From: Camelus dromedarius
Taxonomy: Eukaryota
Direction of reading: 5' to 3'
Assembly: GCF_036321535.1 (NCBI RefSeq)
Contig: NC_087437.1
Coordinates: forward strand, 88,352,001 to 88,416,000
DNA length: 64,000 nucleotides
This document shows, one piece after another, positions 1-12,021 of this stretch (positions are counted from its first letter, which is position 1; every line of letters begins with the position of its first letter). The notes beneath the pieces were generated by a model, which did not search any database, had not been told where the DNA came from, and worked only from the letters and a program-made list of their open reading frames with translations. Made by a program: the position numbers and the translations under genes.

Positions 1-638
1 TGTCAAAATCTGGTAAGGCCTACATATTTAATTTTAGGAAATATAACTGACATCTACTCTGTTCTTCATTAAAATGATGAGTAGCATATTACTGACCTTT
101 TGACAAATACTTGGTTTTGATCACCTTGAGAATGATCTCAAAATCATATGCGGCTGTTGTTAAAAGTACACACATCTTATTGCCTTCTTGGTCTTACTGA
201 ATCATAAATGCTCAGGGTAGAGCACAGGCATCTATTTTATTTTTGTAAGGTCTCTGTAATTTTCCAATATTTATCACTGTTTCCAAGTCGTTAGCACCCC
301 TTCTACAAAGCCAGATTTGTCTCTTAATTTGACTCTAGTAAATATCCAGCTTAAGAACAGGAGTTGAATTTCCCCCATTCATCCAGCTGCTCATTTGTCA
401 CAAATAATAGGTATCTTCTACTTATGGGCACTGTACTAAGTCCTGGACACAGGATCAACTGAAGATCTCAGCTTTTGGGGTGAGGCAGGGTCTTAAGTGT
501 ATAGGACAGAAGGGAATTAATGAACTATTATGGCAATTTAATATAAATTATATAGAGGAATGTAATTTCTCCTTTGCATACTTTGTGAGGTTCTGAGAAA
601 TGAGATAACACATATCTTTGTGAGTTACAAATTCATAT

Positions 639-1116
639 ACAAGCATACCTTGTTTGACTGTGCTTCACTTCACTGTGCTTCACAGATACTGCATTTTTTA
701 CTAATTGAAGGTTTGTGGCAACCCTGTGTTGAGCAAGTCCAACAAGGACATTTCTTCAACAGCCTTTGCTCACTTCATATCTCTGTACCACATTTTGGTA
801 ATTCTCACAACAGTTAAGAGGTTTTCATTCTTATCATATCTGTTATGGTGATCCGTGATCACGGATCTTTGATATTACTACTAACATGTGCTGAAGGCTC
901 GGATGGTTGTTAGCATTCTTCAGCAATAAAGCATTTTTTAATTAAGGCATATACATTTTTTAGGCATAATGCAACTGCACACTTAATAAACAACAGTACA
1001 GTGTAAACATAACTTTTCTATGCGTGGGAAATAAAAAATTGTGTGACTTGCTTTATTGCAATATTCACTTTATTGTGGTCTGGAACCGAACCCACAGTAT
1101 CTCTAAGGTAGGCCTG
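639..1116 (+). mobile_element. Internally deleted Tigger1-derived DNA transposon (Tigger1a-like)
   Basis: TIRs CAAGCATACCTT and AAGGTAGGCCTG, TA on both flanks, Tigger1 terminal sequences. Confidence 0.9.
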
Positions 1117-2077
1117 TATTTCTTAAGCTCTAGGGTACACAGGGTAAAAGTTCCTGTTACTTAGAATGAAACCCTACCCAGAAAAATAGGGCATTTTTAT
1201 CTGCTTTGTGCTACTGCCAGTTCAACTCAGAATGGTAAACCTCACCTAGGAGTGGGCATTTTTATTGTTCACATGTCAGGCTTTCAGTATATTACATTTT
1301 ATTCTGATGACAAAGCAACTCAGTTCTGAGTATTGAACTGCTAAGTTTTCCTCTGCTATTTTGATTTTCTCTGCAATCTAAGAACTGTGAATAATAATCA
1401 GAGCAAAGTTTCAGTGGCCCTTGAGAGAGCCCAAATGTACTATTCAGCCAGATTTTTTCCCCTGAATTCTGGAGGTAGAGTTTCTCTATTCTAGAAAAAC
1501 ATATCTTAGTTACTTCTCATTTTAAATACTTTCTTTCAGAGTAAAAATAAGAAGTAAAGCAAAGCGAAACATAACTTTTCTCTGTTGTTTTGTGCTTAAT
1601 ATATGAAACTCTTCATGAAATAAGAAAATTTCACCTTAAAACTATTTCCTGATTATATGTGTAGATGAATATATGTATTTATATCAGTTATGAAAGCCCA
1701 AATAAGCTACAAATCTATGTATGCCTATTCATACAGCAACTTGAATAAAAGAATATTCAAAATAGTGTTTCTTTGAATAGAAAAACTTGGAAAATTTCAT
1801 GAACTTCAAGTCCATTTTTGTTTTTTTTTCTGATTTCCTTTCTCAACTTATGTCTTAAATAGCTCTTCGCTGTGGTGCTTCTTTTATAATCAGTTCGGCA
1901 CTGCCCATTTACTGCCACCCCATCACTTGTTCCATGAATACCAACAGACGCAAATGCCTCTTAATTTGTATGCATACTGCCTAGTATTTACTAATATCCA
2001 GTATTAGTATACAATAAATATTTTCTTTAAAAAGAAGCAAACCAAATTAAACTAAACTTCTGAAAAATGTTGCTTAC

Positions 2078-2300
2078 CTCTTTATTTCAAAATGGTTCTG
2101 AGGCAGAGGACTTTACATCTGGTAAATACTGTACCATTTCGTGCCTGGCAAAGCTCGTTGGCAAGTCCCAGGAAATAAAAATGGAATCTGGGTAATAAAA
2201 CAAAGTCTAATCTTTTCCTTTTCGTCAGCGCTTCATCTAGTTTCACTTGCTCATAGGGCTCGGCCGGCAGAGGACTTGCCCCCCATCCCTTCAGACCAGA
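2078..2300 (-). pseudogene. Possible further pseudo-exon, or first exon of a minus-strand transcript from the CpG island
   Basis: Donor GAG|gtaagc at 2078/2077. PAEPYEQVKLDEAL resembles the RGS22 RGS-domain start PAEYKHFKFSDLL. TAA just before the donor. Confidence 0.4.
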
Positions 2301-2680
2301 GTTCTTCATGTGAAAGGACACTTCAGCTTGGGGTCTGGATGCCGAGGCGCAGAGCACCACGGGGCGGTTCAAGATGGCGGTGGCGGGCTGTGCGCGGAGA
2401 CGCTGCGCCCGCCGGGCACTACACTCTGGGGCGTGAGCAGCACAGCTGTGCCGCTTTTTCCGAGAACTCCGCCCCCTCCCCCCTCCTCGCTGAGGCGATC
2501 CCTATAAAGCAGCCTCGCCCACAGCCTGCCGGGAAAAGCGGGAAAAGCGGGAAGAGCGTGTGCTCTAGAGTAAAAGCACGGTCTCTCCATTCTCTGATCA
2601 AAGAACAAAGCTTTCTTTGCTTCTGAGGCAAACTGGATCTCGATCTCGTTCTACTGGCTCGAGCAACGCCAGGCAGAAGG
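2256..2680. promoter_or_regulatory. CpG island, probable bidirectional promoter
   Basis: Dense CpG. GC box GGGGCGG 2361-2367, YY1 motif CAAGATGGCGG 2370-2380, TATAAAG 2503-2509, and triple CGGGAARAG 2530-2556 containing E2F-type GCGGGAA. Outward-facing strong donors at 2077 (minus) and 3017 (plus, AAG|gtaagt). Confidence 0.75.
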
Positions 2681-3106
2681 TCCCTTGCTGGGGACTGACT
2701 TGGGATGGTCAGTAACAATTTGGTATCATATAAAAGGAAGTGATGTTTTGTTCTTTTACATATGCCACTTAATTACCACCCACGACAAGGAGTTACATGA
2801 TTTCTAAGTGTTAAGAGTTTGCACTGTAGATTGCTGTGGGAATAATTTTATAATCTAAATTCAGAAATTTGGTCTCTTTAGAACATTTTAGCTTATATAA
2901 CCAACCTTAGTTTTTAAATCTCAGCAAATGAATGTATGTATATAAATACACTTCATAAAAATGTACATGTAAGTATAATTAGATATACAACACATATCTT
3001 TACTTTTAACCCAAAGGTAAGTTTTGCTTTCATTTTTAAACGTATCAAGTGTTAATTATTCTTTTGAGTTTATGCAAAATTTTACAGAGAGAATTCAATC
3101 TTAACA

Positions 3107-3878
3107 TTAAACATAAAAACCTGCTGGTTTTAGAATATATGAATGTATCTTTCTCGTTATTCTAATTTTATTATTTCTTACATAATCACATGAGAAAAAA
3201 GAACTGGCTTTATTTCTTTTAAATGATAAGATATTAAATTTCAACTTTTCTAAGATCTTACCAAATTTTGGTTCCTCTGGTTTCTTGTTTAAACTCAAAG
3301 TTGAAAAATGAAATATATTCATAAAGAATATTTTCAGCATACTTGGTATGCTTTTGAAGTACTCTCAAGGTCTGCAGACTGCTAGTTATAACTCAACAGT
3401 TGTTTGCATTTGTCTTTAACAGGTAGCAGCAAGTTGACAAGGGCTTTGAGGAAAGGGGGAAAAAAAAGAACATTTATATTGAAAATAGTCTTGAATAAAA
3501 CAATAAAATGCACCAAGTAATTCTGAAGTGTAGATCTTGACAGCAAAAGGTAGCTCTTTTTTGGTTCCTTAAGTATTCTTGGTAGGGGTGGAGAGGAAAC
3601 ATAGTTTAATATTTCTTTTTTCAGCCTTTAAACTCTCCCTCAAATCTTTTATTATGACATCATATATTCTTTTAAATGGGGCCCATAGGTATGCATTGAA
3701 GAAATAGTCCAATTCGTGGCGTAAATTCCACAGAAGAATGTTTTTATTTTCAATTATTTCTTGCAGAGATGCCTTATTTAAGAACTGGAGTTTATTTAAC
3801 ACACCCTTTATATTCTGGTTTTGAAGAGCTCTTCCTCCATGAAGCAACTGATTATAGAAGCAAGTAATTTTTGTGTTT
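3107..3878 (-). pseudogene. Large pseudo-exon, C-terminal region
   Basis: Acceptor cttttctag. 257 codons in one frame (joins ORFs 3569..3847 and 3107..3340) with only 4 internal stops in very AT-rich DNA. LQNQNIKGVLNKLQFLNK vs RGS22 LTDENIMSVLERRQEYNK. Confidence 0.65.
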
Positions 3879-4699
3879 CTAGAAAAGTTTAAGAGAAATC
3901 ACTACATCATTTTTGAGTAATAAGGAAATGTACTTTTACAATTACAGATTTGGTTTCTCTCCTCTAAGATCAGTATTAGTGGGGAAAATTCAAACTTTCT
4001 TGTTTTCTAACAAAATAAAAATACATATATTCTAATACAATACTACTACTAATAAAAAACAAACCCTTCTCAAATCTTGAAACCTCTTCAATGTCTTAGG
4101 GATTAAAAAAAAATTTCTCTGTAGAAAAAGCAGGTCCCTTTGTCCAATTTTTATGGTTAACTACCTTCAATGTCTTTTTTTGTTGTTGTTCTTATAAATG
4201 TTCTTTGGGGGGTGAAGAATGAAACCTATTTTAATCTTTCTTTTTCAGTCTTATGAAATGTAACATTTATAAAATCCTATTATATAGTGGGTATAGTTTT
4301 CTTTTTGTTAGCGTTCAAAATTTCTCAAATATGTTGTGGTTACTTTTGTGGTCAAAAGAGAAAGAGACAGACAGAGAGAGAGAAACAGAGAAAAAGAAAA
4401 AAGGAGAGGTAGAGTGCTGAGACTACGACTTGCTTTTATCACTTAATATGTCTCAGTGAATTTTGTCTTGTGGATCCACCCCTGGATGCCTCAAAATTCC
4501 ATAACATGAATGTATTAATAGATAAATGTGTTAACCATTTATCTGTGAATGGACAGAACTACTCCTGTTTTTCCCCACGATTTAAAATAATACTGTAATA
4601 AATACTGTCCTTTTGAATAAATGCACATTTCTTGGTATTCCAATCAAATTTTTTATGCTTGCCACCATACCTTTACTGGCTTAATTTTCCCTATTCATT

Positions 4700-5060
4700 T
4701 ATACACACCAAATGTTCCAGTTAAACTGGTTTAATCACCATTATTATGCACGTTCTCCTATCTGAGCTCATTGCTTGCAGCAAATATTTGATTGATCAGA
4801 AGTTGCCTCCTAAATCCCTCTCTACATTTGCTAAATCTCGTGCATTTGTCAGGTTCTGTCTCTATTTATCTTGGTCAGCAGTGACTGCTTCCTCTTCTGT
4901 AACACATAGTTACCATGCATTGCTCAGTCATGTGAGTTATCTTGTATTAGTTTACATGTGTAAATGTATTATTTTTCCTGCTGACTCTAGACCCTTTTAA
5001 AGACATCTGATTATCCCTTGAGTTTCTAGCATAACTGCACAGTTTCGTACTCAGGACAGA
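4700..5060 (+). mobile_element. Old L2-like fragment
   Basis: Degenerate L2 3'-region-like sequence. Confidence 0.4.
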
Positions 5061-5139
5061 CACTGCAAACTTTAAAAATGTGAGAGTATCAATTCCTAGA
5101 TTTCCTTCTTAGTCAGAAGCAATATGAAAATTCTTAAAA

Positions 5140-5780
5140 AGTGAGACAACACACAGGTGTCAACAAATCAGAATCGAGTTTGACTATAGTGCTGAGGAAA
5201 ATGCCTGCAGCTCTCCTAAAGTATCAGGTGTTTCTTTTTTAGTTGCCTGATTATGGGGAGATCAGCTGTTCCCATGAAGAGCCTTGGCAGTTGTGGTCAT
5301 TGGGAAGTTACCTGAGGACTTAGGACACTGATTATGATTATGACATACTGGCCATGGAGGAGGTCATCCAGAGGACTTGACTGCAGGTCAACCCTCGAGC
5401 TGGAACCGCGTGATCAGAGGCTCCTCCCACTCCCCTGTCCTCAGAACACGGTTTCTGCCCACTGTTTCCACTGCAGCAGCCACTTGGAGAGCACAGCCTT
5501 GAGAGGGTACCGTGTTACTGAGACTGTGTGCACCACACTAGATGTGAGCCCCAGTAAGGCAAGGCGTCCACATAAAGTCCTAAGATTCTGGCCAGCAGGT
5601 ATGGAGAGTTACTGGTCTTGCAGTGCCTGAGAAAAGCCTCCCGTGTGAATTCCCTGGATTATAAAAACTGCCACCTACTAATTTGGACTGATGGCCTATA
5701 TCTTGGGTCCTTGGTGACGGGGAGCCAGTTTCGGATTTCACCCCCAGAACTCTCGAGGTTTCGAACCAACCACAGGTGAG
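5140..5780 (+). mobile_element. ERVL-class solo LTR (MER74/MER54-like)
   Basis: GC-richer block whose 3' end ataaaaactgccacc...ggggagccagttt is typical of this LTR group. Confidence 0.45.
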
Positions 5781-5800
5781 TCATGTATGAATATTCTTCC

Positions 5801-6247
5801 TGTTAACCAAAATTTCAGAAATGGAGACCTGCCTGAAATAGAGAGACATTTACTTGAAGTCTGTCAGGGCTGCAGCCTGGGAGACAGATTCAAGAAACAC
5901 TTGAATTGTGTTCTGCCAGACTACAAAATGAAGGGGCTTATAAAGGCAAAAAGCGGAGAGACTGCAGTTAGTTATATGAGTTGTTTATTATAATCGGAGC
6001 TGGCAAGAAGTGAGGGTTCTTGTGAAGCAAGGATTGGTTGGGGTCCAAAATGGTTGCACACAAGAGGAGACCTTGAGACCAGAGGTTGCAGCTGACAGGT
6101 GTCCTGAATAGGACTGGTTGTATGCTTGGGTCCGGTACAGTTCCAAGAAAGTTCAGGTTCTCAGTGGTCCGGGACATATCTGAGACCAGATCCTCATGGC
6201 TGTCCAGCTCCATTTTTGATTACCTGAGCTGTGATTACTCTGTCACA
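5801..6247 (-). mobile_element. ERV1-class solo LTR
   Basis: TGTTAACC...TGTCACA termini and LTR-like internal composition. Confidence 0.55.
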
Positions 6248-6319
6248 ATTTCAAGTTGTCGTCGGCCCTATTTTTGTTATGTGAAAACTCACCATTATCA
6301 ACAAGAACTGATGGAGTAA

Positions 6320-6950
6320 GAGATATCTGAATTATTTATTGAAAGATGAATAGGGATTTACCATTAAACAAAAAGACAAAGAATAGCAAGATAGTGCTGT
6401 GTATTATTCCAAGTTGAAAACTAATGAGTGAACTAGTCTGGAATTCTTGAGAAATAGTGTAAACTTCTGTTTAGCTGGAGGCAGTGGACGGCAGGGAGAG
6501 TTGGAAGTTATTGGAAGAAATTATAGATAGATTTGTATGCCTTAAGTAGTAATTTAGACTTAAGCCTATGAATATGGGACTCTAGGAGTTTTCTAAGTCA
6601 GGGAATGAAATAAGTGGGTTTGTGTTTTGAAAAGGCATCAGTAATGGCTGTGTGCAGGAAGTCATGGGATCTTATGAGAGATACGAATCTTTGGTTATTT
6701 TTCGCACTTGATCAAACAAGTCATGATGGGTATATGAATCAAGGCAATGACGAAAACAAGGGAGCTAGGTGGAGAGAATGGAATGGATTCCAGAGATATT
6801 TAGAAGATAAAATCCACAAGATTCTATGAATGAATGGATGTGGAGCAGGTAGGTGTAAGGATGAGGAGAAAGAAATGGCAGATTTCCAGTTTTTAATAGA
6901 TAAATGATGTCATTAACAGAGATAAGATATAGGAGAGGAGCACATCTGAA
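6320..6950 (-). mobile_element. L2 fragment
   Basis: Purine-rich plus strand with L2 antisense motifs such as ggattccagagatatttagaag. Confidence 0.55.
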
Positions 6951-7056
6951 CCCAGTAGCATTTAGTCTCTTTGAAGAAGGAAGGGAAAAACTTGATATGA
7001 CCTAACTATAAAGGGACATAATGTAAATAAAAATAGGAAAAATCATTGTTAGTAGA

Positions 7057-7270
7057 CAGTTGACCCTTGAACAACATAGGTTTGAAATGCAAAGGTTCAT
7101 GTATATGCAGATTTTTTTCAATAGTAAGCACTGTAGTGCTACACGATTTGGGGTTGGTTGAGTCTGTGGATGTGAAACTGTGGATATGAAGCGCCGAGTA
7201 TAAGTTATATGTGAGCTTTTGACTGTGCAGAGGGTGGGCACCCCTAACCCCTGAGCTCAATGGTCAACTG
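7057..7270 (+). mobile_element. Tigger2-family MITE
   Basis: TIRs CAGTTGACC...GGTCAACTG followed by TA. Start CAGTTGACCCTTGAACAAC. Confidence 0.88.
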
Positions 7271-7628
7271 TAATGGAGATATCTGTTCCTATGTAGATTT
7301 TTTTTATAGTTTGAGAATTTGCTTTAATTTCAGTTGCTCATAGACTCTCTATATTAAAAAAAAATTACGGTTGTAACTGCTATGCTGAGCTAAATTTATT
7401 TAATTTTAGGTGTGGTCTCAACCATTTATTTGACTGATAATATCTGTTTTTGACCCTTTCCCAATTAGGATTGAAAAATAAAACATTTGTTGCTAATTGA
7501 ATATGCTTCAAATGACACAGGTGCAAAATATTTTTATTCAAGAGGTAACTTATTTGTAAGATGAGTAAAGTGTTACCAGGTCTGACCAGCAGATGAAAGA
7601 GAAATTCAAGAGTAAAACTTTATCTAAG

Positions 7629-8054
7629 TGTAGTGGGCCGAGTGGTGCCCCTCCCCAAGATATATCCATGTCAATCCCTGGAATCTATGACTAGAAAAGA
7701 GGTCTTTGTAATTAAGGATTTTGAGATGAGAATGTAAGGAAGTCCTGTGTTATTCAGATGAGCCGTAAACCCAACAACAAGGGTCTTTATAAGAGATCAC
7801 TTGGAGGAGGAGGAGGCCCTGTGGTCACAGAGGCAAAAACTGAAGTGACTTGAGCACAAGTCAAGTCCAAATGGCCACTGGAACCTGCAAGAAGCAAGGA
7901 AAGGATCTCCCTGTGTCCTGCTGAGGGAGTGCAGCCCTGCCAACACCTTCATCTCAGACTTTCGGCCTTCACAACTGTGGGAGAATAAAGTTATGTTTTT
8001 TTAAGTGACCAAGTTTGTAGTAATTTGTTACAGCAGTCATAGAAAACTAATATA
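7629..8054 (+). mobile_element. MLT1 (MLT1C/D-like) MaLR solo LTR
   Basis: Canonical MLT1 3' end ttgttacagcag...aactaatata. 5-bp TSD CTAAG at 7624-7628 and 8055-8059. Confidence 0.88.
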
Positions 8055-8212
8055 CTAAGCTTTTTGGGTAAAGGTCTGAATATCTGTGGCCAGGATAACA
8101 GTTGAAAAATTCTCCAGTGGGCAGTAGAAAAACTAGAGTTACTTGAACAAATGACTTTACATGTTTTCTAAAGAATTTCTGTGACAAATGTGTAGCTGTC
8201 TAATGAGCTCAC

Positions 8213-8347
8213 TTATTTAAGCTGGCTTTGAGTGAAGGACAACTTCTGTTACTGGGGGTTTTCCTTTCATGTCCTAACAATGTGGTTCCTGTAATGCTGA
8301 GGGGTGGAGCTGCGGGGTGGTAAGGGGTTTTCAGGAAGAGGAGTTCT
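8213..8347 (-). pseudogene. Pseudo-exon, 135 nt, phase 2-2, stop-free
   Basis: Acceptor ttgtttgttttcag and donor |gtgagc. In frame with both neighbouring exons. HERKTP resembles RGSL1 KDRKSP. Confidence 0.55.
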
Positions 8348-8492
8348 CTGAAAACAAACAATAGATTGTGCTGAAATATTTATGAAAGTTTGGCATGAAA
8401 AAGCACACGAACAATCAGATTATAAAAACAGGTCTAACGTTCAAAGCAAATAAAAATGCATTTTACATGTGGTTTCATTTTTCTGAAATCAC

Positions 8493-8630
8493 CTTTGCCA
8501 AAACAGCCACATAGAGAATAGAGTCTATTTACTTATACATGTTGCCATTGGACCCGATCTTTTCAGTTCCAAATTCAGTTCTACTCGTTTATTTTTTGGA
8601 TGCTGTTCAGAGAGTATATCATAATAGTTT
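8493..8630 (-). pseudogene. Pseudo-exon, end of RGS-like domain
   Basis: DILSEQHPK...GPMATCISK*TLFSMWLFWQR|gtgatt resembles RGS22 DIPVEQAQK...GPYVFREAQMTIFGVLFKFW and RGSL1 YFWKR. Confidence 0.62.
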
Positions 8631-8658
8631 CTTTTGAAATACTTTTTTTTAAACTTAT

Positions 8659-9546
8659 TGTATGAGTTTCCTAGGGCTGCTGTAACAAATTACCCCAAAC
8701 TGCATAGCTTAAAACAACAGAAATGTGTTCTTTCACAGTCTGGGAGCTACAAGCCTGAAATCACAGTGTGGGCAGGATTGTTTTTCCTGGAAGTTTTGTT
8801 GGAGGCATTGCCCCAGGTCTCTCTCCTAGTTCTGGTGGTTGCCAGCAATCCTTCGTGGTTCTTGGCTTGTAGACGCATCACTGCGATCTCTGCCTCCATT
8901 GTCACAGGACGTTCTCTCTATTGTCTCGATGTTCAACTTTTCTTCTTTTTATCAAGGCATCAGTCATTAGATTAGGTTTTACCCTAATCCAGTTTGACCG
9001 CGTCTTAGCTTGATCACATCTGTAAAGATTCTGTTTACCAATATACTGGTCAGGGTTCTCCAGAGAAACAGAACCAATAGAATGCGTGTATGTATATAGA
9101 AAATAACTTATTTTAAAGAATTGGCTCATGTGATTATGGCTGGCAAGTCTGAAAGCTACAGGGTGGGACAGCAGACTGGAGACCCAGGGAGGAGCTGATG
9201 CTGCAGTTGGGGTTAGGGTGTTGTTTGTTGGCAGAATTTTCTCTTGTTTGGGGAGAGTTCAGTCTTTTTTTTTTTTAATTCAAGCCTTCAACTGATTGGA
9301 TGGGGCCCACTCTAAATATGAAGGGCAATCTACTTTACTCAAAGTCCACCAATTTAAATGATACTCTCATATAAAACCACTCTCTCAGAAACATCCAGAA
9401 TAATGTTTGACCACATATCTACTCACGTGACCCATCCAAGCTGACCCAAAAAATTAATCGTCAAAACAAATAAAGTCGTGTTCACATGTACTTAATGATG
9501 TGACTTGACTATATCTTTTTTGAGGACCATAATTCAACCCACAACA
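8659..9546 (-). mobile_element. MLT1 (MLT1C-like) solo LTR interrupted by MLT2
   Basis: Starts tgtatgagtttcctagggctgctgtaacaaattac and ends aattcaacccacaaca. Flanks CTTAT/CTTAA. Confidence 0.85.
9042..9465 (-). mobile_element. MLT2 (ERVL) solo LTR nested in MLT1
   Basis: gtcagggttctccagagaaacagaaccaatag ... aaattaatcgtca MLT2 termini. Confidence 0.85.
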
Positions 9547-9649
9547 CTTAATGTACATATATAGGTAATTTCAATAACTTTTTCTTTAATATTCTCTTGT
9601 TGCAAAATATTATAACAATCTTGGATTTACAAACGATAGTCTAAATGTT

Positions 9650-9805
9650 CTGACTATTTTAGGCTGATATCCAATGAAGTTTAGTTCTTAGTATCGGAAG
9701 AAAATATTCTCTTGCTATATCAGTGTCATCACTATAACACTACTTGGCTTATAATTCAGCCATTTTCTCCATGCTGATGTCCACACTGCTTCTATTCACT
9801 GTCAT
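9650..9805 (-). pseudogene. Pseudo-exon fragment
   Basis: TVNRSSVDISMEKMAEL*...ILRTKLHWI vs RGSL1 TVNFAINDLYFFSEMEKFNDL...LMRSKMNII, with the same spacing from L to R. Confidence 0.62.
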
Positions 9806-9827
9806 GTTTTGTTTTGTTTTGTATTTC

Positions 9828-10520
9828 CATTCATTGAACAAATGATTATTTGTTACTGGGGGAAGAGAAAGGCAGTTAAGGGCCTTGCTCTCATGGAGCT
9901 TGAGTTCGCCTTGAGTTAGACAATAAACAGAAAAGGAACAAATTGATAGTGTAATTGAAGATAGCAATTAAGGACTAGGGAGGAATAAAAAGTGTGAGAT
10001 GATAGAGGATGAACTGAACTGGGAGTGCATAGAGCAATATTAGATCGTCATACCTGGAAAAGCTTCTCTGAAACGAAGACTGATATTTCAGTTGGAAAAT
10101 GAATGACAGGAAAGAGCCACTGATCTGAATGTTTGAGGAGAGAGCCTTTGGCTAGAAAAATCAACAACTGCAAAAGTCCTAAAGATAGAGTCAGCTTGGT
10201 GAGCACATGGGACAGAAACATAGCAAGTGTGGCTGGGACATAGTGAGTGAAGGGGAGGGATCTGAGATGAAGTCAAACCTGAAGGCCCTTCAGACAGGGG
10301 TAAAAGTTGGGATTTTTTTCCTCCCTATTTTCTTAGGATTTTATTGGAAAGTTTAAAGCCGGGGAGGAAGCATTGATCTATGTCTTTAAAATATATGCTT
10401 TAAAAGTTGTAGCCTTTTGATAGAGATAAGATTGAGGGGACAATGATAGATACGGGAAGATTAATTCAGAGATTTTTCATTAATTCGAAAATGTGCTGAT
10501 GGTTTGAAATAGAGTAGTTC
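9828..10520 (-). mobile_element. L2 3' fragment
   Basis: cattcattgaacaaat tail followed by typical L2 antisense sequence. Confidence 0.7.
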
Positions 10521-11319
10521 CAATAGCATTGTTTGGTTATATTAAGATAATGAAAACCTTGGGGAAAGAACTCAGATCCATGTAGGTGAAGGTAAGTCTC
10601 TTTCCCACAATGAACTCTATATGCACTTAGTGACATGTCAGCTGTGAATCTTTTGGCAATACCAATGACAGACTTTGCTTAACCTATTGCAAAGATGAAA
10701 GTATGCCTGATGTTAGGAGTGATCATTTGCATATCAATGTCTGATGATTAAATGTCATTTACCTATATTTTAGGTTTGACTGAAAGTGTACTTGGATCTG
10801 TTTTTATAATAGAAAAAAATGTAATACAATGTGTAATTTATCTTGAAGGGCAGATTTGGAATAATAATTTTATTTTCCCAAGTGTCAATTTGAACAAGAA
10901 TCATCCAATCCAAGATATGGTCCAGTAGGTTGGGTCCAAGTTGCTTGAAATGTAAAGGTGTTAATTAGTTTAGAAAATATTGACCTTCTGCTACTGTGTT
11001 TTTTGTTTCATTTTCTCTGACAGGAACTGATAGAATTATGGATGTCTCAGTAGAATATAAAATTAGATGTGGGGCATTTTTCATTAATATTTTTGAGTAA
11101 ATGAATATTTTCTCCTCTCCCTCCCACCCTCCAAACCCTAATAGAGGGCCTTGAATGCAATGGAAACATTAACAGTGATAATGTTTATTTGGGACTATTA
11201 ACTTGTATAGTTTTTATTGCTTGTTAATAGAGATCATTAATAAGTTTTCTTAATGCATTGATATAATAGGATTGATGTTCTAAGTAAAAAAATTATTAGG
11301 ACTTTGAAACATTATCACA

Positions 11320-11960
11320 TGTGTTTTACTTATCATTGCAACATAGCAAATTACAATTTAACAGCCTAAAACAACATTATTATGCTCACAGGTTCAGTAG
11401 TCAGGAATTTGAAAAGGGCATAGCAGAAAAGTCTTGTGTTTGTTTCATAATATCTGGAGCTAGCGAGACCCAAAGTCTGGGGATGAATCTACGACCAAGG
11501 GTGGAATCATCTGAAGAGTTGTTCACTTACATGTTTAGCACCTGAGCTGGGTGACTGGACATCTAGAACTATTGTCTAGACTGGAAGTCTAGGCAATAAT
11601 TGGTTAAGTTTAAAAAGCACATATCCCATGCCACAGGAATCCCACTTCAAGCTATATTTTGAGTAATTTTTTCAAAGAACACATGTACAGAGAGGCTTAC
11701 TGCGTCATTGCTTGTGATAGCCTGGAGTACATGACTTCCAAGCAAGACAAGTGCTGATAGGAACCAGCCTTGGAAAGTCACAAAATGTCACTTGGCCACA
11801 GTTGTGTTTGTGAATGCCATTACATATCTTTCCAGGTTCAAGGGGAAGGCAAGTAGACACTAGCACTTTATAGATGATTTATAGCATTGTATTGTAAAAA
11901 GGAATATGGGAAGGGAGATAACATGGTTGCTGTCTGAGGCATACACAATCTGGTACAACC
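11320..11960 (-). mobile_element. Old MLT1 LTR (MLT1G/H-like), fragmented
   Basis: aaaacaacattattatgctcacagg...tcaggaattt motif. Confidence 0.6.
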
Positions 11961-12021
11961 TGTAGAATATTTAGCACAGTGCTAAACATGTAGTTATTAG
12001 AAGTGTGAAATATTACTTAAC

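Noticed and set aside
2141..2718. Longest ORF (161 aa) and overlapping ORFs in the CpG island
   Set aside because: GC-rich stop depletion opens several frames on both strands, and none gives a recognisable protein.
3569..3847. LLWNLRHE resembles the PI3K helical domain
   Set aside because: Isolated short motif; no kinase or C2-domain exons nearby.
3767..3863. Plus-strand mini-ORF MPYLRTGVYLTHPLYSGFEELFLHEATDYRS
   Set aside because: Unrecognised, weak donor, and antisense to the much longer stop-poor minus frame.
7575..7622. VLLLNFSFICWSDL|gtaaca as another pseudo-exon
   Set aside because: Too short, truncated by the MLT1 insertion, and similarity is not distinguishable from chance.
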